Shown: positions 1 to 8,950 of the stretch, piece after piece
Layout: every line of letters starts with the position of its first letter
Position numbering within the stretch: position 1 is the stretch's first letter
Assembly: GCA_964574335.1 (NCBI GenBank)
Contig: CAZNNH010000001.1
Span: 2,928 to 66,927 of the forward strand
Direction: 5' to 3'
Length of the DNA: 64,000 nucleotides
DNA from: an uncultured Acidobacteriota bacterium
GTDB lineage: Bacteria > Acidobacteriota > Vicinamibacteria > Fen-336
Notes under the pieces: generated by a model
What the model was told of the DNA's origin: nothing
Databases searched by the model: none
Seen by the model: the letters and a program-made list of their open reading frames with translations, nothing else
Translations under genes and position numbers: made by a program

Positions 1-2
1 AT

Positions 3-914
3 CCCCTGCCCCGCGGCCGGCTGGACGCGCGTCGCTATGCCCCGATCCACGCGGTTCAGGCGACGCGCGGCTGTCCCCACCGCTGCGAGTTCTGCTCGGT
101 CAGCGCCGCCTCGGGAGGGACGCAGATCCGGCGTCCGGTCGACGAGGTAGTGGACGAGATCGCCGGGCTGCCGGGACGCCGTTTCATCTTCGTCGACGAC
201 AACCTGGTGGCCGACCGGGAGTACGCCGGCGAGCTGTTCGACCGGCTGGCCCCCCTGAACCGGCGCTGGGTGACCCAATGCACGCTCGGGGCGGCCGCGG
301 ATCCCGACCTCCTTGCCCGTATGGCGCGAGCCGGCTGCGTGGGCGTCTTCGTCGGGCTCGAGACCTTCTCCGAGTCCAACCTGGTCGGTGTCGGCAAGGA
401 CACCCACCGGGTCCGCCAGTATCGCGACCGGGTCGGGCGCTTCCACGCCGCCGGGATCGGGGTCGAGGCAGGCATCGTCTTCGGCTTCGACAAGGACACC
501 CCCCGGGTGTTCGCCGACACCCTGAGCCACCTCGAGGAGCTGGCCATCGACGCCGTCCAGGTGTCGATCCTGACGCCGCTCCCCGGAACGCCCCTCCACC
601 AGAAGATGGCCGGCCGCATCATCGACCGCGACTGGTCGCACTACGACTTCCACCACGTGGTCTTCGAGCCGCAGGGCATGAACCCGGCCCAGCTCCAGGC
701 GGGCCACGACTGGGTGACCCGGGAGCTCTACCGGCCCGACCGCATCGCCCGTCGCGCCCTGCGCTACCTGGGTCGCCCGCGTGGGCTCGAGACCCTCGCC
801 TTCTTCCTGGCCATCAACCTCGCCTACTACGGCCGCGTGGTGCGCTGGGGGATCCGGGGCTGGGATCCGGCTGGGTCGGAGGGCTGCGCACCCGGGCTCC
901 GCTCCGCCGCCTGA
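3..914 (+). CDS. B12-binding-type radical SAM protein, 5'-partial
   Basis: The frame of ORF 150..914 is open back to the window edge. It reads ...VQATRGCPHRCEFCSV (CxxxCxxC), then FIFVDDN, VFVGLET, GIVFGFDKD and SILTPLPGT, typical of class B radical SAM proteins. Confidence 0.85.
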   Translation, partial: PLPRGRLDARRYAPIHAVQATRGCPHRCEFCSVSAASGGTQIRRPVDEVVDEIAGLPGRRFIFVDDNLVADREYAGELFDRLAPLNRRWVTQCTLGAAADPDLLARMARAGCVGVFVGLETFSESNLVGVGKDTHRVRQYRDRVGRFHAAGIGVEAGIVFGFDKDTPRVFADTLSHLEELAIDAVQVSILTPLPGTPLHQKMAGRIIDRDWSHYDFHHVVFEPQGMNPAQLQAGHDWVTRELYRPDRIARRALRYLGRPRGLETLAFFLAINLAYYGRVVRWGIRGWDPAGSEGCAPGLRSAA

Positions 915-977
915 GGATCAGGCGACCCGCCGCCGCGTCGGCTGCGCCGGTGTCTCCGATGATCTAGACTCCTGGGA

Positions 978-1202
978 ATGAGCGCCGAACCGGGGGCGGC
1001 CGGCGAGATCCCTGCCGAGTGGCTCGAGGAGCTCGAGGCGGCAGCGCGCAGGCCCCTCCCGGTCCGCTTTCGCTATGCGTTCGTCCACACCTGCAAGCCG
1101 GTCCTGGACGACGCGCCCTACCGGTCCTTCGACACCATGGAAGACTGCCGCCGCTGGTGCGAGAAGAAGCTGCCGGACTGGCTGGGCTTCGGACGTGGCT
1201 AG
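978..1202 (+). CDS. Small hypothetical protein (74 aa), probable partner of the downstream nucleotidyltransferase
   Basis: Compact ORF (EWLEELEAAARRP...KPVLDDAPYRSF...WLGFGR) whose stop overlaps the GTG start of the NTase-like ORF. Confidence 0.7.
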   Translation: MSAEPGAAGEIPAEWLEELEAAARRPLPVRFRYAFVHTCKPVLDDAPYRSFDTMEDCRRWCEKKLPDWLGFGRG

Positions 1203-1404
1203 GGCCTTCGAGTACCGGCAGGCCGAGGAGATTCGCGACGCGCTGGCGCGCCACGGGGTCCTCTACCTCTTCATCGGCAAGTCCGGGGCGATCCTGCTCG
1301 GCTTCCCCGACACCACCCAGGATGCCGACCTCTTCGTCGGCTCCGCTCCTTCCGGGAGTACTGGCTGGCCCGCCGACGGTGGGCGCAGACCGACCCGGAT
1401 CTGA
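1195..1404 (+). pseudogene. Truncated nucleotidyltransferase (N-terminal part only)
   Basis: GTG at 1195 reads VARAFEYRQAEEIRDALARHGVLYLFIGKSGAILLGFPDTTQDADLFV (G..A...G....T.D.D NTase motif), then loses similarity and stops after about 69 codons. Confidence 0.65.
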
Positions 1405-1413
1405 TCGGGGCTG

Positions 1414-2586
1414 TCAGAGGAGCTGAGACAGGAACGTCCGCGCCGGCACCACGATGGGGGCGTGGCCCTGGCCGAAGCAGTCGGCGTCGACGTACGGCAT
1501 GTCGAGCACGACCTGGAGCGCGTGGGAGGCGCCCGTCTGACCCTGGAAGTGGGCGAGGGAGGGCGAGAGGGTTCGGTCGCTCGCCTTCACCTCGACCAGG
1601 AACCAGGGCTTGCGGTCACGGACGACCAGGAAGTCGACCTCTCGTTTCTGCTTGTCGCGAAGATAGCGCAGCTCGAAGGCCCCAAGACCCAGGTCGTGCC
1701 AGCCTTCGGTCGCCTTGAGGAGGTGGCAAGCCACGAAGGTCTCGGCGCGGGCTCCGAGGTCCGGGCAAGTGGACCAGTCGCGAAGGTACCACTTCGGCTC
1801 CTTGCGGAGGGCCTTCGCCACGTTCCTCCAGAAGGGGCGCACCAGGAACCCCCAATGCAATGAGCACAGGGCACCGACCCAGCGTCGTGCGGTGTCCACC
1901 GACACCTGGACCTCCCCGGCCAGGTTGCTCAACACCAGGGCCTGTCCCGACCGCTCCGCCAGCAGCCGACCCAGGTGCTCGACCTGTCCCAGCTGCTGGA
2001 TGAGCGTGAGGTCGCGCACGTCCTCGCGGAGCATCTGCGCGGCCCGCAGGTCGCGCCAGCGGTTCGAGAAGCGGCGGCTGCGCTTGAGGAACGGCTCCGG
2101 GTAGCCCCCGTGCTCCAGCAACGCCTGGAACTTCTGCTCCGCTATCCTCTTCGGCTTCCGGGTCGGCTGTCGGGGGACCTCCTGTCGCGCGAGCTCAGCG
2201 ACGCTCAATGGGTGCATTCGGTAGTGGAGGTAGCGACCCATCAGGCTCTCGCCGCCCCTGCGAAAGACGTCCAGGTGAGAGCTGCCCGTGACGATCGGGC
2301 GGACCCGCTCGCCGTAGGTATCGAAGAAGCCCTTGAGCAGGGTCCGCCAGCGGCGGTACTTGTGCAGCTCGTCGAACGTGCAGGTCAACGGCTCGGCGTG
2401 CAGCTCCGTGAGGCCGATCCGCGCGGCCACGGCTCCCGGACCTGCCAGCAGTACCCGGCGGTCGTCTTGGTTGTCCCAGTTGAGATAGGCCGAGGTGAGT
2501 GCCCGGCAGGTGGTCGTCTTCCCGACCTGCCGGGGACCGGTCACGAACGCCATCTGGCGGTGACGGGTCTGGTGCTCCTTCAACAC
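1414..2586 (-). CDS. AAA_14 ATPase with DUF4143-type C-terminal domain
   Basis: Walker A GPRQVGKTT, Walker B FDELHK, TGSS, GGYPE and the C-terminal YLRDKQKREVDFL. The frame is open a little upstream (LIRRFYDAVL), so the true start may be near 2610. Confidence 0.9.
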   Translation of the reverse strand: MLKEHQTRHRQMAFVTGPRQVGKTTTCRALTSAYLNWDNQDDRRVLLAGPGAVAARIGLTELHAEPLTCTFDELHKYRRWRTLLKGFFDTYGERVRPIVTGSSHLDVFRRGGESLMGRYLHYRMHPLSVAELARQEVPRQPTRKPKRIAEQKFQALLEHGGYPEPFLKRSRRFSNRWRDLRAAQMLREDVRDLTLIQQLGQVEHLGRLLAERSGQALVLSNLAGEVQVSVDTARRWVGALCSLHWGFLVRPFWRNVAKALRKEPKWYLRDWSTCPDLGARAETFVACHLLKATEGWHDLGLGAFELRYLRDKQKREVDFLVVRDRKPWFLVEVKASDRTLSPSLAHFQGQTGASHALQVVLDMPYVDADCFGQGHAPIVVPARTFLSQLL

Positions 2587-2633
2587 GGCATCGTAGAAGC
2601 GGCGTATCAGGGGCAGGACTCTTCTCCTGGGGA

Positions 2634-2661
2634 TCGTAAGATGGTCCGGACCATCTTACGA
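2634..2661. repeat. Perfect 28-bp palindrome upstream of the AAA/DUF4143 gene (possible operator)
   Basis: tcgtaagatggtccggaccatcttacga is identical to its own reverse complement. Confidence 0.8.
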
Positions 2662-2747
2662 CACTAGCAATTCTGGTCCAAGGCGGATGGCCTTGCCGGG
2701 CTCGGGCCTCGGCCCTACGGGCACCGCTCGGCCTGGGATCGCCGCCG

Positions 2748-3422
2748 CTACGAACCCGACGCCGGGCGCCAGGTCAAGAGTCTAGACCTGCCCCCCCACC
2801 AGCCGGCAGCGACCAGCAGGACGGTGGCTCCACCGTGCCAGACGAGCACGTGGCCGAGGTCGGCGCGGGGGCAGATCAGGTGCCAAGTCCCGTCAGCGAC
2901 CAGTCCGGCGCCGGTGCCCAGCAGCGCTCCGGTCCAACCCGGGCGAAGCGGCAGCGCCCGGGCCACCAGCCAAAACCCGATGACGAGGGCCGGCAGGCCG
3001 AGCGCGATCTGGGCCGCCAGGCAGGTCAGCCCAGCGTGGTGGGCGGCGGCCGCCGCGGCCAGCGCCGGGGCATTCTTCCAGGTGAGCAGGCCGACCAGGG
3101 CCTGAGCGGCCACGCCGGCGCCGATGGCGGCCATCGAGCGTGCGGGGCCGATACCTTGGCCGGGCACGGCCTCGCGCAGGGCGAGGCCGATCAGGATCGA
3201 GCCCAGCAGCGCCTCGAAGAGGGCGGCCGCCCACACCAGCCAGAAGCCCAGCGAGGGCGTGTCCTGCCGGAGCGGCATCAGGGAGGGGACGATCACCAGC
3301 AGCGCGACGGCCCACAGCGCCAACCTCGCCGCTCGGACGCCGGGGGCCGGCAGGGGGCGCACCGGGCTGAGGTCCGCCAGCACCTCCCGTCGCAGCCGCT
3401 CGGGCAGCTCCGGACAGGTCAT
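2748..3422 (-). CDS. NrsF/DUF1109-family anti-sigma membrane protein
   Basis: MTCPELPERLRREVLADLSPVRPLP start, multi-TM profile, HAGLTC and WHLICP...HVLVWH motifs. ATGA overlap with the sigma gene. Confidence 0.8.
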   Translation of the reverse strand: MTCPELPERLRREVLADLSPVRPLPAPGVRAARLALWAVALLVIVPSLMPLRQDTPSLGFWLVWAAALFEALLGSILIGLALREAVPGQGIGPARSMAAIGAGVAAQALVGLLTWKNAPALAAAAAAHHAGLTCLAAQIALGLPALVIGFWLVARALPLRPGWTGALLGTGAGLVADGTWHLICPRADLGHVLVWHGGATVLLVAAGWWGGRSRLLTWRPASGS

Positions 3423-3985
3423 GCCCCGCCCCCGGACGGTCGCAGCGTCTCGCGCAACTGCTGGACGCCCCGGTGGGCCCGCAGCTTGGCGGCGGGCTCG
3501 CTGACTCCCAGGACGGCCCCGGCCTCGCGGAACGACAGCCCCCACACGTGGTGCAGCAGCAGCGCCTCGCGGCGATCCGCGGGCAAGCCCGCCAGCGCCT
3601 TCTGGACCCGCTCCCGGTCCGCCAGGCCCTCGACCTCGGGAGGCACCGGGACCTCGGGCAGCTCCTTCTCGGCCAGCGTCTCGTGGCGACCCCGGCGGCC
3701 GGCCGCCCGGCGGCTCATCAGGAAGACGTTGCGGGCGATGGCGTAGATCCAGGGCCGGACCGGGCGCAGGGGGAGATAGGTGTGCCGGGAGCGGTGGACC
3801 TGCAGGAACGTCTCCTGGAGCAGGTCCTCCGCGCGCGCCGCGTCGCGGCAGAGGGCGCGCAGGTAGCCGCCCAACTGCGGCGCCAGCGCGCCGTAGAGCT
3901 CCTCGAAGGCCGACCTTTCGCCGGCCTGGTACGCAGCCATCAGCTCACCCAGCCTGTCCCCCGCCCCCGTGACGGGAGCCGTCAT
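3419..3985 (-). CDS. ECF sigma-70 factor (probably ECF16/SigF-like)
   Basis: AEDLLQETFLQVHRSR, WIYAIARN, region 4 LSFREAGAVLGVSEPAAKLRAHRG. Alternative start at 4012. Confidence 0.9.
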   Translation of the reverse strand: MTAPVTGAGDRLGELMAAYQAGERSAFEELYGALAPQLGGYLRALCRDAARAEDLLQETFLQVHRSRHTYLPLRPVRPWIYAIARNVFLMSRRAAGRRGRHETLAEKELPEVPVPPEVEGLADRERVQKALAGLPADRREALLLHHVWGLSFREAGAVLGVSEPAAKLRAHRGVQQLRETLRPSGGGA

Positions 3986-4039
3986 CCGCTCCTGTGCCGT
4001 GACCCCCCTCAACGTTACTTCCCCCGCGCCCGCCCGGCG

Positions 4040-4206
4040 GCTCTGGTACCGGCCGGCTCACCTGGAGTCTACCCTCGGCGGGAGCCACGCTCTACGAGTG
4101 GGACCAGGACATCCCGGACTTCGACACGCTGGTGGCCGAGGCCCGCAAGGCCGAGGTCTACCAGGAGGCGGCCGAGACGACGCCGGTGGTGGCCCGTGCC
4201 AGCTAG
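4040..4206 (+). pseudogene. 3' remnant of a DUF692 (multinuclear non-heme iron oxidase) gene
   Basis: Frame ending at TAG 4204-4206 reads GATLYEWDQDIPDFDTLVAEARKA, matching the DUF692 C-terminal TLxEWDxxIP motif. It has no N-terminal part and overlaps the DUF2063 start. Confidence 0.7.
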
Positions 4207-5040
4207 CAGCATCGGCCTCGCCCTGCCGCGGCTGCAGCGCTGGATGCAGTCGGTGGTGGTCCACCCCGGCACGGTGGAAGCCGCCCTGGCCTCGGACGAG
4301 GTCCGGGCCGAGCTTCCGCCGGAGCAGGTGTCCGAGGTGATCCGGCCCACCGCCGAGCTGACCTCGGCGGAAAGGCTGGAGATCTACCACGGCATGTACC
4401 TGCTCCGGATGTCGGAGGCGCTGGAGGCGGACTACCCGGCGCTCTTCGCGTTCCTGGGTCCGGACGGGTTCCGGCGGCTGGTGACGGCCTACGTCCAGGC
4501 CCACCCCTCGCGCAGCTACACGCTCAACCGCCTCGGCGACCACCTGCCCGAGTTCATCCGGGACGGCGCCTCGGTCACGCGACGCGGCTTCTGCCTCGAG
4601 CTGGCGCGCCTCGAGCTGGCGATCACGGAGGTCTTCGACGCGCCGGAGGCCGGCTCCCTGACCGAAGACCATATAGCGGCGATCCCGGCCGAGTCCTGGG
4701 ACCGCTCCCGGCTGCGGCCGGTCGCGGCGCTCCGCCTGCTGGCGCTCCGCTACCCGGTCAACGACTACCTGCAGGCGGTCAAGGACGGCGAGCCGGGCCA
4801 TGCGACGACGCGCCTCCAGGACTCCTGGGTGGTGGTGTCGCGGCGGAGCTACGCGGTCTACCGCCAGGAGCCCGCCCACGCGTTGCTGACGGACCTGGTG
4901 AGCGGCGTGCCGGTGGGTCTCGCCGTGGGCCGGGCGATCGCGGCGCGGGGGTCGCTCCGTCTCCCCGAGTCGGAGCTGTTCCGCTGGTTCCGGGGTTGGA
5001 CCTCCGCGGGCCTGCTCGCCGAGGTGGACCTGGACAGGCC
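4196..5040 (+). CDS. DUF2063-family MNIO partner / putative DNA-binding protein; lacks its own stop (end approximate)
   Basis: LQRWMQSVVVHP...RLEIYHGMYLLRMSEALEADYPAL...YVQAHPSRSYTLNRLGDHLP...DLARLE-like segment. The frame runs on to 5749, antisense to the EamA gene. Confidence 0.75.
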
Positions 5041-5080
5041 AGAACCGGCGAAGCCGTTGTGGTCCTGGCGGCGGCCCGCC

Positions 5081-5965
5081 TCAGCGGGCCGCCGTGCCCG
5101 GGCCGGCGGCAACGGCCAAGACCACCCCGCCGACCACCAGCGCCGATCCGGCGAGCTTGGCGAAGGTCAGCGGCTCGAGCGGGACGTATCCCTGGTCGAT
5201 CCGGTTGGTGACGGCGAGGATGGCCAGGGTGAACACCGGGGCCGTGGTGGTGATGACGGCGGCCGTGGTGGCCGGGATGTGCCGGAGCGCCTCGCCGAAG
5301 GACCAGTAGGAGACGAGGGTCACCAGGCACAGGAAGGCCGCCGCTGTCAGCGGGGCCGGTCCCGGCTCGCGGGCCGGCGCGAACGGCACCAAGGGCGCCA
5401 CCACGAGGGCGGCCAGAAGGAACGTCCAGAGGGTGGTGCCGCCGGAGGCGTGGTCGCGGCCCAGCCGCCGATGGGCGGCGGCGTAGACGGCCCAGGCGGC
5501 GGCCGAGGCCAGCACCAGGAAGACGCCGGCCAGCCCCTCGGGCGCGACGGCCGTCTCCTGCCACGAGACCACGCCCACGCCCAGCAGCGCCAGCGCCGCC
5601 CCGAGGTACTCGCGGCGCGTCGGCCGCTCGCCCAGCACCAGGACGCCGATCGCGATCAGGAAGAGCAGGGCGGTCTGGATCAGGACCTGGGCGGTTCCCG
5701 CACCGGCGCGTTCGAGACCCCACATGTACAGGACGTGGTTGGTCCCTAGCCCGAGGCCGGCCACCAGCACCAGCCGGGGAGGGCGCTTCGGCCGCAAGCG
5801 GAGCAGGAGCGCCAGCACCGCCGCCGCCGACCCCAGCCTGAGGACGGTCAGCCCCGGCGCCGAGAGGCCGAGGAGGGCCACCTTGCCGGCGATCGGGACG
5901 CACCCCCAGAGGAAGGCGGTGGCCCCCACCAGTGCGGTTCCCCGGATCCGGCTGACCTCGTGCAC
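5081..5965 (-). CDS. DMT/EamA-family transporter
   Basis: About 10 TM segments in two EamA repeats (FLWG, LGERP, ALRHIPATTA). Confidence 0.9.
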   Translation of the reverse strand: MHEVSRIRGTALVGATAFLWGCVPIAGKVALLGLSAPGLTVLRLGSAAAVLALLLRLRPKRPPRLVLVAGLGLGTNHVLYMWGLERAGAGTAQVLIQTALLFLIAIGVLVLGERPTRREYLGAALALLGVGVVSWQETAVAPEGLAGVFLVLASAAAWAVYAAAHRRLGRDHASGGTTLWTFLLAALVVAPLVPFAPAREPGPAPLTAAAFLCLVTLVSYWSFGEALRHIPATTAAVITTTAPVFTLAILAVTNRIDQGYVPLEPLTFAKLAGSALVVGGVVLAVAAGPGTAAR

Positions 5966-6010
5966 CTGACGATTCCCTCGGACGGCGCGGACGTGGGCGT
6001 TCTGACCGCG

Positions 6011-6343
6011 CTAGAAGAAGGCCCGCCAGGCGACGCTGGCGAGTGCGATCACGTAGAGGGTGCCGCAGATCGCGGGCACGCGATCGGCAAACCACGGCGG
6101 CAGGAAGATATCCACCACCTTCCCGTCGGCGGCCCCTTCTCGTTCCGCCAGGAGCGTCAGCGGGCAGCGCCAGCCGTTAGCCGAGAACACCAGGCTCTCG
6201 GCCATCAGCAGGCCGATGGCGATCCACGTCCAGACGGTGACCCGGTCCGCCAGGCCGCAGAACAGGGCGTAGACGACGCAGGCGCTGAGCACCCAAAAGA
6301 TGACCGAGTGCACCAGCTTGATCTGGAAGATGGAGAGCCTCAC
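6011..6343 (-). CDS. Small membrane protein (DUF2784-like)
   Basis: IKLVHSVIF...NGWRCPLTLLAER...DIFLP motif with 3 TM segments. Confidence 0.65.
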   Translation of the reverse strand: MRLSIFQIKLVHSVIFWVLSACVVYALFCGLADRVTVWTWIAIGLLMAESLVFSANGWRCPLTLLAEREGAADGKVVDIFLPPWFADRVPAICGTLYVIALASVAWRAFF

Positions 6344-6396
6344 GGGTCCGCCCCCATGGAGTCACGTCGCCGGGCGCACGTCGATCCCGCTGTGGG

Positions 6397-7128
6397 CTAC
6401 TTCCCGCCCGCCTTGCACTCCTTCTCGCTGGCGGGGAAGCGGCTCTCGGCCTTCCCCGAGGCCCCCTTGGTCTTCCATTGGTACACGGTGCAGCCGCCGG
6501 CGCTGATGTCCAGGGTGGCCTCGGAGTCCGCCGCGGCCCCCTCCTTCCTGTTGTACTCGATGACGATGTCGTTCTGTCCCTCCTGGACGGTCACCCCCTG
6601 GCCGCCGGCGGTCCCGCCCCGGATCCCGGTGTTCTGGCCGTTGATCAGCACCTTCAGGCGGTGATCCGGCGCCATGAAGTTGAGGGTCGCGGTGAAGCCG
6701 CCGGTCATCTCCGGCGGCGGTGTGGAGAGATTCATGTCGCTCCACTTCCACGCCCCCTCTTCCTGCACCATCTCGACGTAGGCCTTCATCGGGGGCTGCC
6801 CGGCCTGGAAGTGGTTGTCGGTCTCCAGGAACACCTTGTCGCCGACCTTCTTCTCGCGCACGATCTCGATCTGTGGGGCGACCATCAGGTCCTGGAGGTA
6901 GCTCTGGGCCATGCCGCCGGACAGCATCTGGTGGGCGAAGCCCGTGGTGAGCTGGCGAAGCGTCTCGACGTCCTTGGCGGCCGCGGCCTGGCAGTATCGC
7001 GCGTAGGCCTTGGCGGGCGCCGACTGAGCGCCCTTGACCTGGACCGTGCCCGCTGAGCTTGGGCCTGGTGCGGCGACGGCCGCCACGCAGAAGACGGAGA
7101 GGAGTCTCCAATCTGGCTTCATCGTCAC
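6397..7128 (-). CDS. Secreted hypothetical protein
   Basis: Signal-peptide-like N-terminus, GC3-biased coding, RBS GGAGG upstream. Confidence 0.7.
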   Translation of the reverse strand: MTMKPDWRLLSVFCVAAVAAPGPSSAGTVQVKGAQSAPAKAYARYCQAAAAKDVETLRQLTTGFAHQMLSGGMAQSYLQDLMVAPQIEIVREKKVGDKVFLETDNHFQAGQPPMKAYVEMVQEEGAWKWSDMNLSTPPPEMTGGFTATLNFMAPDHRLKVLINGQNTGIRGGTAGGQGVTVQEGQNDIVIEYNRKEGAAADSEATLDISAGGCTVYQWKTKGASGKAESRFPASEKECKAGGK

Positions 7129-7215
7129 CTCCGCATGAGCTGAGTTGGGCGAAGCCTATCACTCTCCGGCCGCAGGGGCGCGGGCGCGGCGGTGGTATCC
7201 TGCCAGTGAGGTGCG

Positions 7216-7665
7216 ATGATGTCCGACAAGCCGGACGGCAAGCGGGTGGCTCTGGTCTGCTCGAGCTTCACCATGCAGAGCGCTTTCGGGCTGCTGATCC
7301 TGGCGCTCAACTCGGCCCGGCTCGGCTACGAGACGCTGATCTACTTCACCTTCGAAGGGCTCCACATGATCCGGCCCGGCAAGCTCCGGGACCTGCGCTA
7401 CTACCCGACCGGCGTGAATCTCTCGGAGAGCCGGCTGGAGGCCTACTCGGAGGAGCTTCGCGAGCGAATGGAGCGCAAGGACATCCCGTACTGCGAGGAC
7501 ATGCTCGAGATGGCCCAGCTCGAGGGGGTTCGCCTGCTGGCCTGCAAGACCAGCGTCGACCTGTTCGACCTCCAGCAGAGCGATTTCATGGAGGGCGTCG
7601 AGATCATGCTCGCCGCCGACTTCATGCGCCAGGCGGTGGGGTCCGACCTGCACATGGTGTTCTGA
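7216..7665 (+). CDS. DsrE/DsrF/DrsH-like sulfurtransferase family protein
   Basis: LIYFTFEGL and LLACKTSVDLF motifs; ends with SDLHMVF. Confidence 0.8.
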   Translation: MMSDKPDGKRVALVCSSFTMQSAFGLLILALNSARLGYETLIYFTFEGLHMIRPGKLRDLRYYPTGVNLSESRLEAYSEELRERMERKDIPYCEDMLEMAQLEGVRLLACKTSVDLFDLQQSDFMEGVEIMLAADFMRQAVGSDLHMVF

Positions 7666-7716
7666 GCCCGAGCCACCGGCGCGACCGCCGGCGAGTGGGG
7701 GACACAAACGGTGCCC

Positions 7717-7821
7717 CGTCATCCTGAGTGCTCCTTCGAAGCTCTACCCCGGAAGGATCCGCGCTCCGGCCGAGCCCCAGATCCTTCGGGCGACGGCCGG
7801 ACGGGCGCCCTCAGGATGACG
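7717..7821. repeat. REPIN/MITE-like inverted-repeat element (GTCATCCTGAG...GAAGGATC...GATCCTTC...CTCAGGATGAC)
   Basis: Terminal inverted repeat cgtcatcctgag / ctcaggatgacg plus an inner inverted repeat gaaggatc / gatccttc, lying between convergent genes. Confidence 0.75.
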
Positions 7822-7924
7822 CCGTGGTCTGTCTCTCGGGAGCCCGGGGCGTCCCCGAGTCGTACCGCGGAGCGGAGACGAGGGCCTGATAGAACAGGCT
7901 GAGCGCGCGGGTCCGCACCCGTCT

Positions 7925-7984
7925 CCAAGTGTCCGATCTCGTCACCTGTGGTCCTCTACGGTGACCCAAGTGTCCGATTTCGTC
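7925..7984. repeat. 19-bp direct repeat pair, 41 bp apart
   Basis: ccaagtgtccgatctcgtc (7925-7943) and ccaagtgtccgatttcgtc (7966-7984), one mismatch. Confidence 0.7.
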
Positions 7985-8028
7985 TCCTGCTGTCCGTCGG
8001 TACGAGGAGAGTCGGGCGGGTGGAGCGG

Positions 8029-8925
8029 CTACAGACCGTACACCTGCCGCGGGGCGAGCAGGTGCGGGAACCGGTCGAGCAGGGCACGCCGGACCAGGAA
8101 GCAGTAGTGGCACTCGTCGACGAAGTCGCCCTCCTGCTCCACACCGTGAGCACGGGCGAGCGCCCTGGGACCTCCCTGGCTCAGCGGGCCACAAATGGGG
8201 TGCGATGCTGCGTCGTACTCGGCGACCAATTTGGAGAGCGGGGTCTGCCACAGGTTGCCGATGCTGACCCCCTGGCAGACCTGGACGTGGCCGAAGCAGT
8301 CGACGTGGACCCGTCGCGGGTTCACCAGCTCCTCGTGGCGGCACTCGACGAAGGTCTCCGGACTCCTCCTGGGCAGGCCTTCGGTCAGCTTCTCGACGGC
8401 GCGTCCCTTGAACAGGGCACCGCCCCGGATCACCGGCTCTCCCTTGTCGTCCGCGGCAGCTGCGGCCTCGGGCCTCTCGATGCAGATCGAGGCGGCCGGA
8501 ATACCCAGCTTCGAAGCGGCCTGGACGGCCCGCTGGGCGGGCGCTATCGCCTCCTCGACGTCACCGTGATGGAACGGGTCGTCGGAGAGGCTCAGGTCGT
8601 CGATCCCGGCGTTGCGGACCGGCTCCAGCCACACCTGGGCGTCCTCGACCGCCGTGGCCCAGTAACAGTTGCTGACGACGCCGGTCTCGAAGCCGGACGA
8701 GCGGGCGAGCCTCAGGCCCTCGACCAGGATCGGGTGGTACAGGAACGGCTCGCCGCCCTCGAAATAGATGGACCGTACCGTCCCCAGCCTCTTCGCCTCG
8801 CCGAGGACCTCTCGGATCTGCGCCAGCGTGAAGGTGCCCTCGGCCCGTGGGCTGCAGTAGAGGAAGCAGTGGTCACACTCGGAGGTGCACGTGTAGGTGA
8901 GCAGGAAGTGAACGCCGGTCAGCAT
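8029..8925 (-). CDS. Radical SAM protein
   Basis: YTCTSECDHC motif, FEGGEPFL, and Cys-rich C-terminus (ECRH...HVDC...VCQG...ECHYC). Confidence 0.9.
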   Translation of the reverse strand: MLTGVHFLLTYTCTSECDHCFLYCSPRAEGTFTLAQIREVLGEAKRLGTVRSIYFEGGEPFLYHPILVEGLRLARSSGFETGVVSNCYWATAVEDAQVWLEPVRNAGIDDLSLSDDPFHHGDVEEAIAPAQRAVQAASKLGIPAASICIERPEAAAAADDKGEPVIRGGALFKGRAVEKLTEGLPRRSPETFVECRHEELVNPRRVHVDCFGHVQVCQGVSIGNLWQTPLSKLVAEYDAASHPICGPLSQGGPRALARAHGVEQEGDFVDECHYCFLVRRALLDRFPHLLAPRQVYGL

Positions 8926-8950
8926 CGCGGCCTCATCGATCCGGTCGCCG

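Noticed and set aside
3995-4025. ECF16-type autoregulatory promoter (GTAAC) upstream of the sigma gene
   Set aside because: A -35-like GTAAC is present on the minus strand, but no matching CGAA/CGTA -10 at the expected spacing.
3473-5749. 758-aa ORF on the plus strand
   Set aside because: It is a chimera: shadow frame of the sigma gene, then the real DUF2063 domain, then antisense of EamA. Only about 4196-5040 is credible coding sequence.
7925-7984. Mini-CRISPR
   Set aside because: Only two 19-bp repeats with a 22-bp spacer, no leader and no cas genes.
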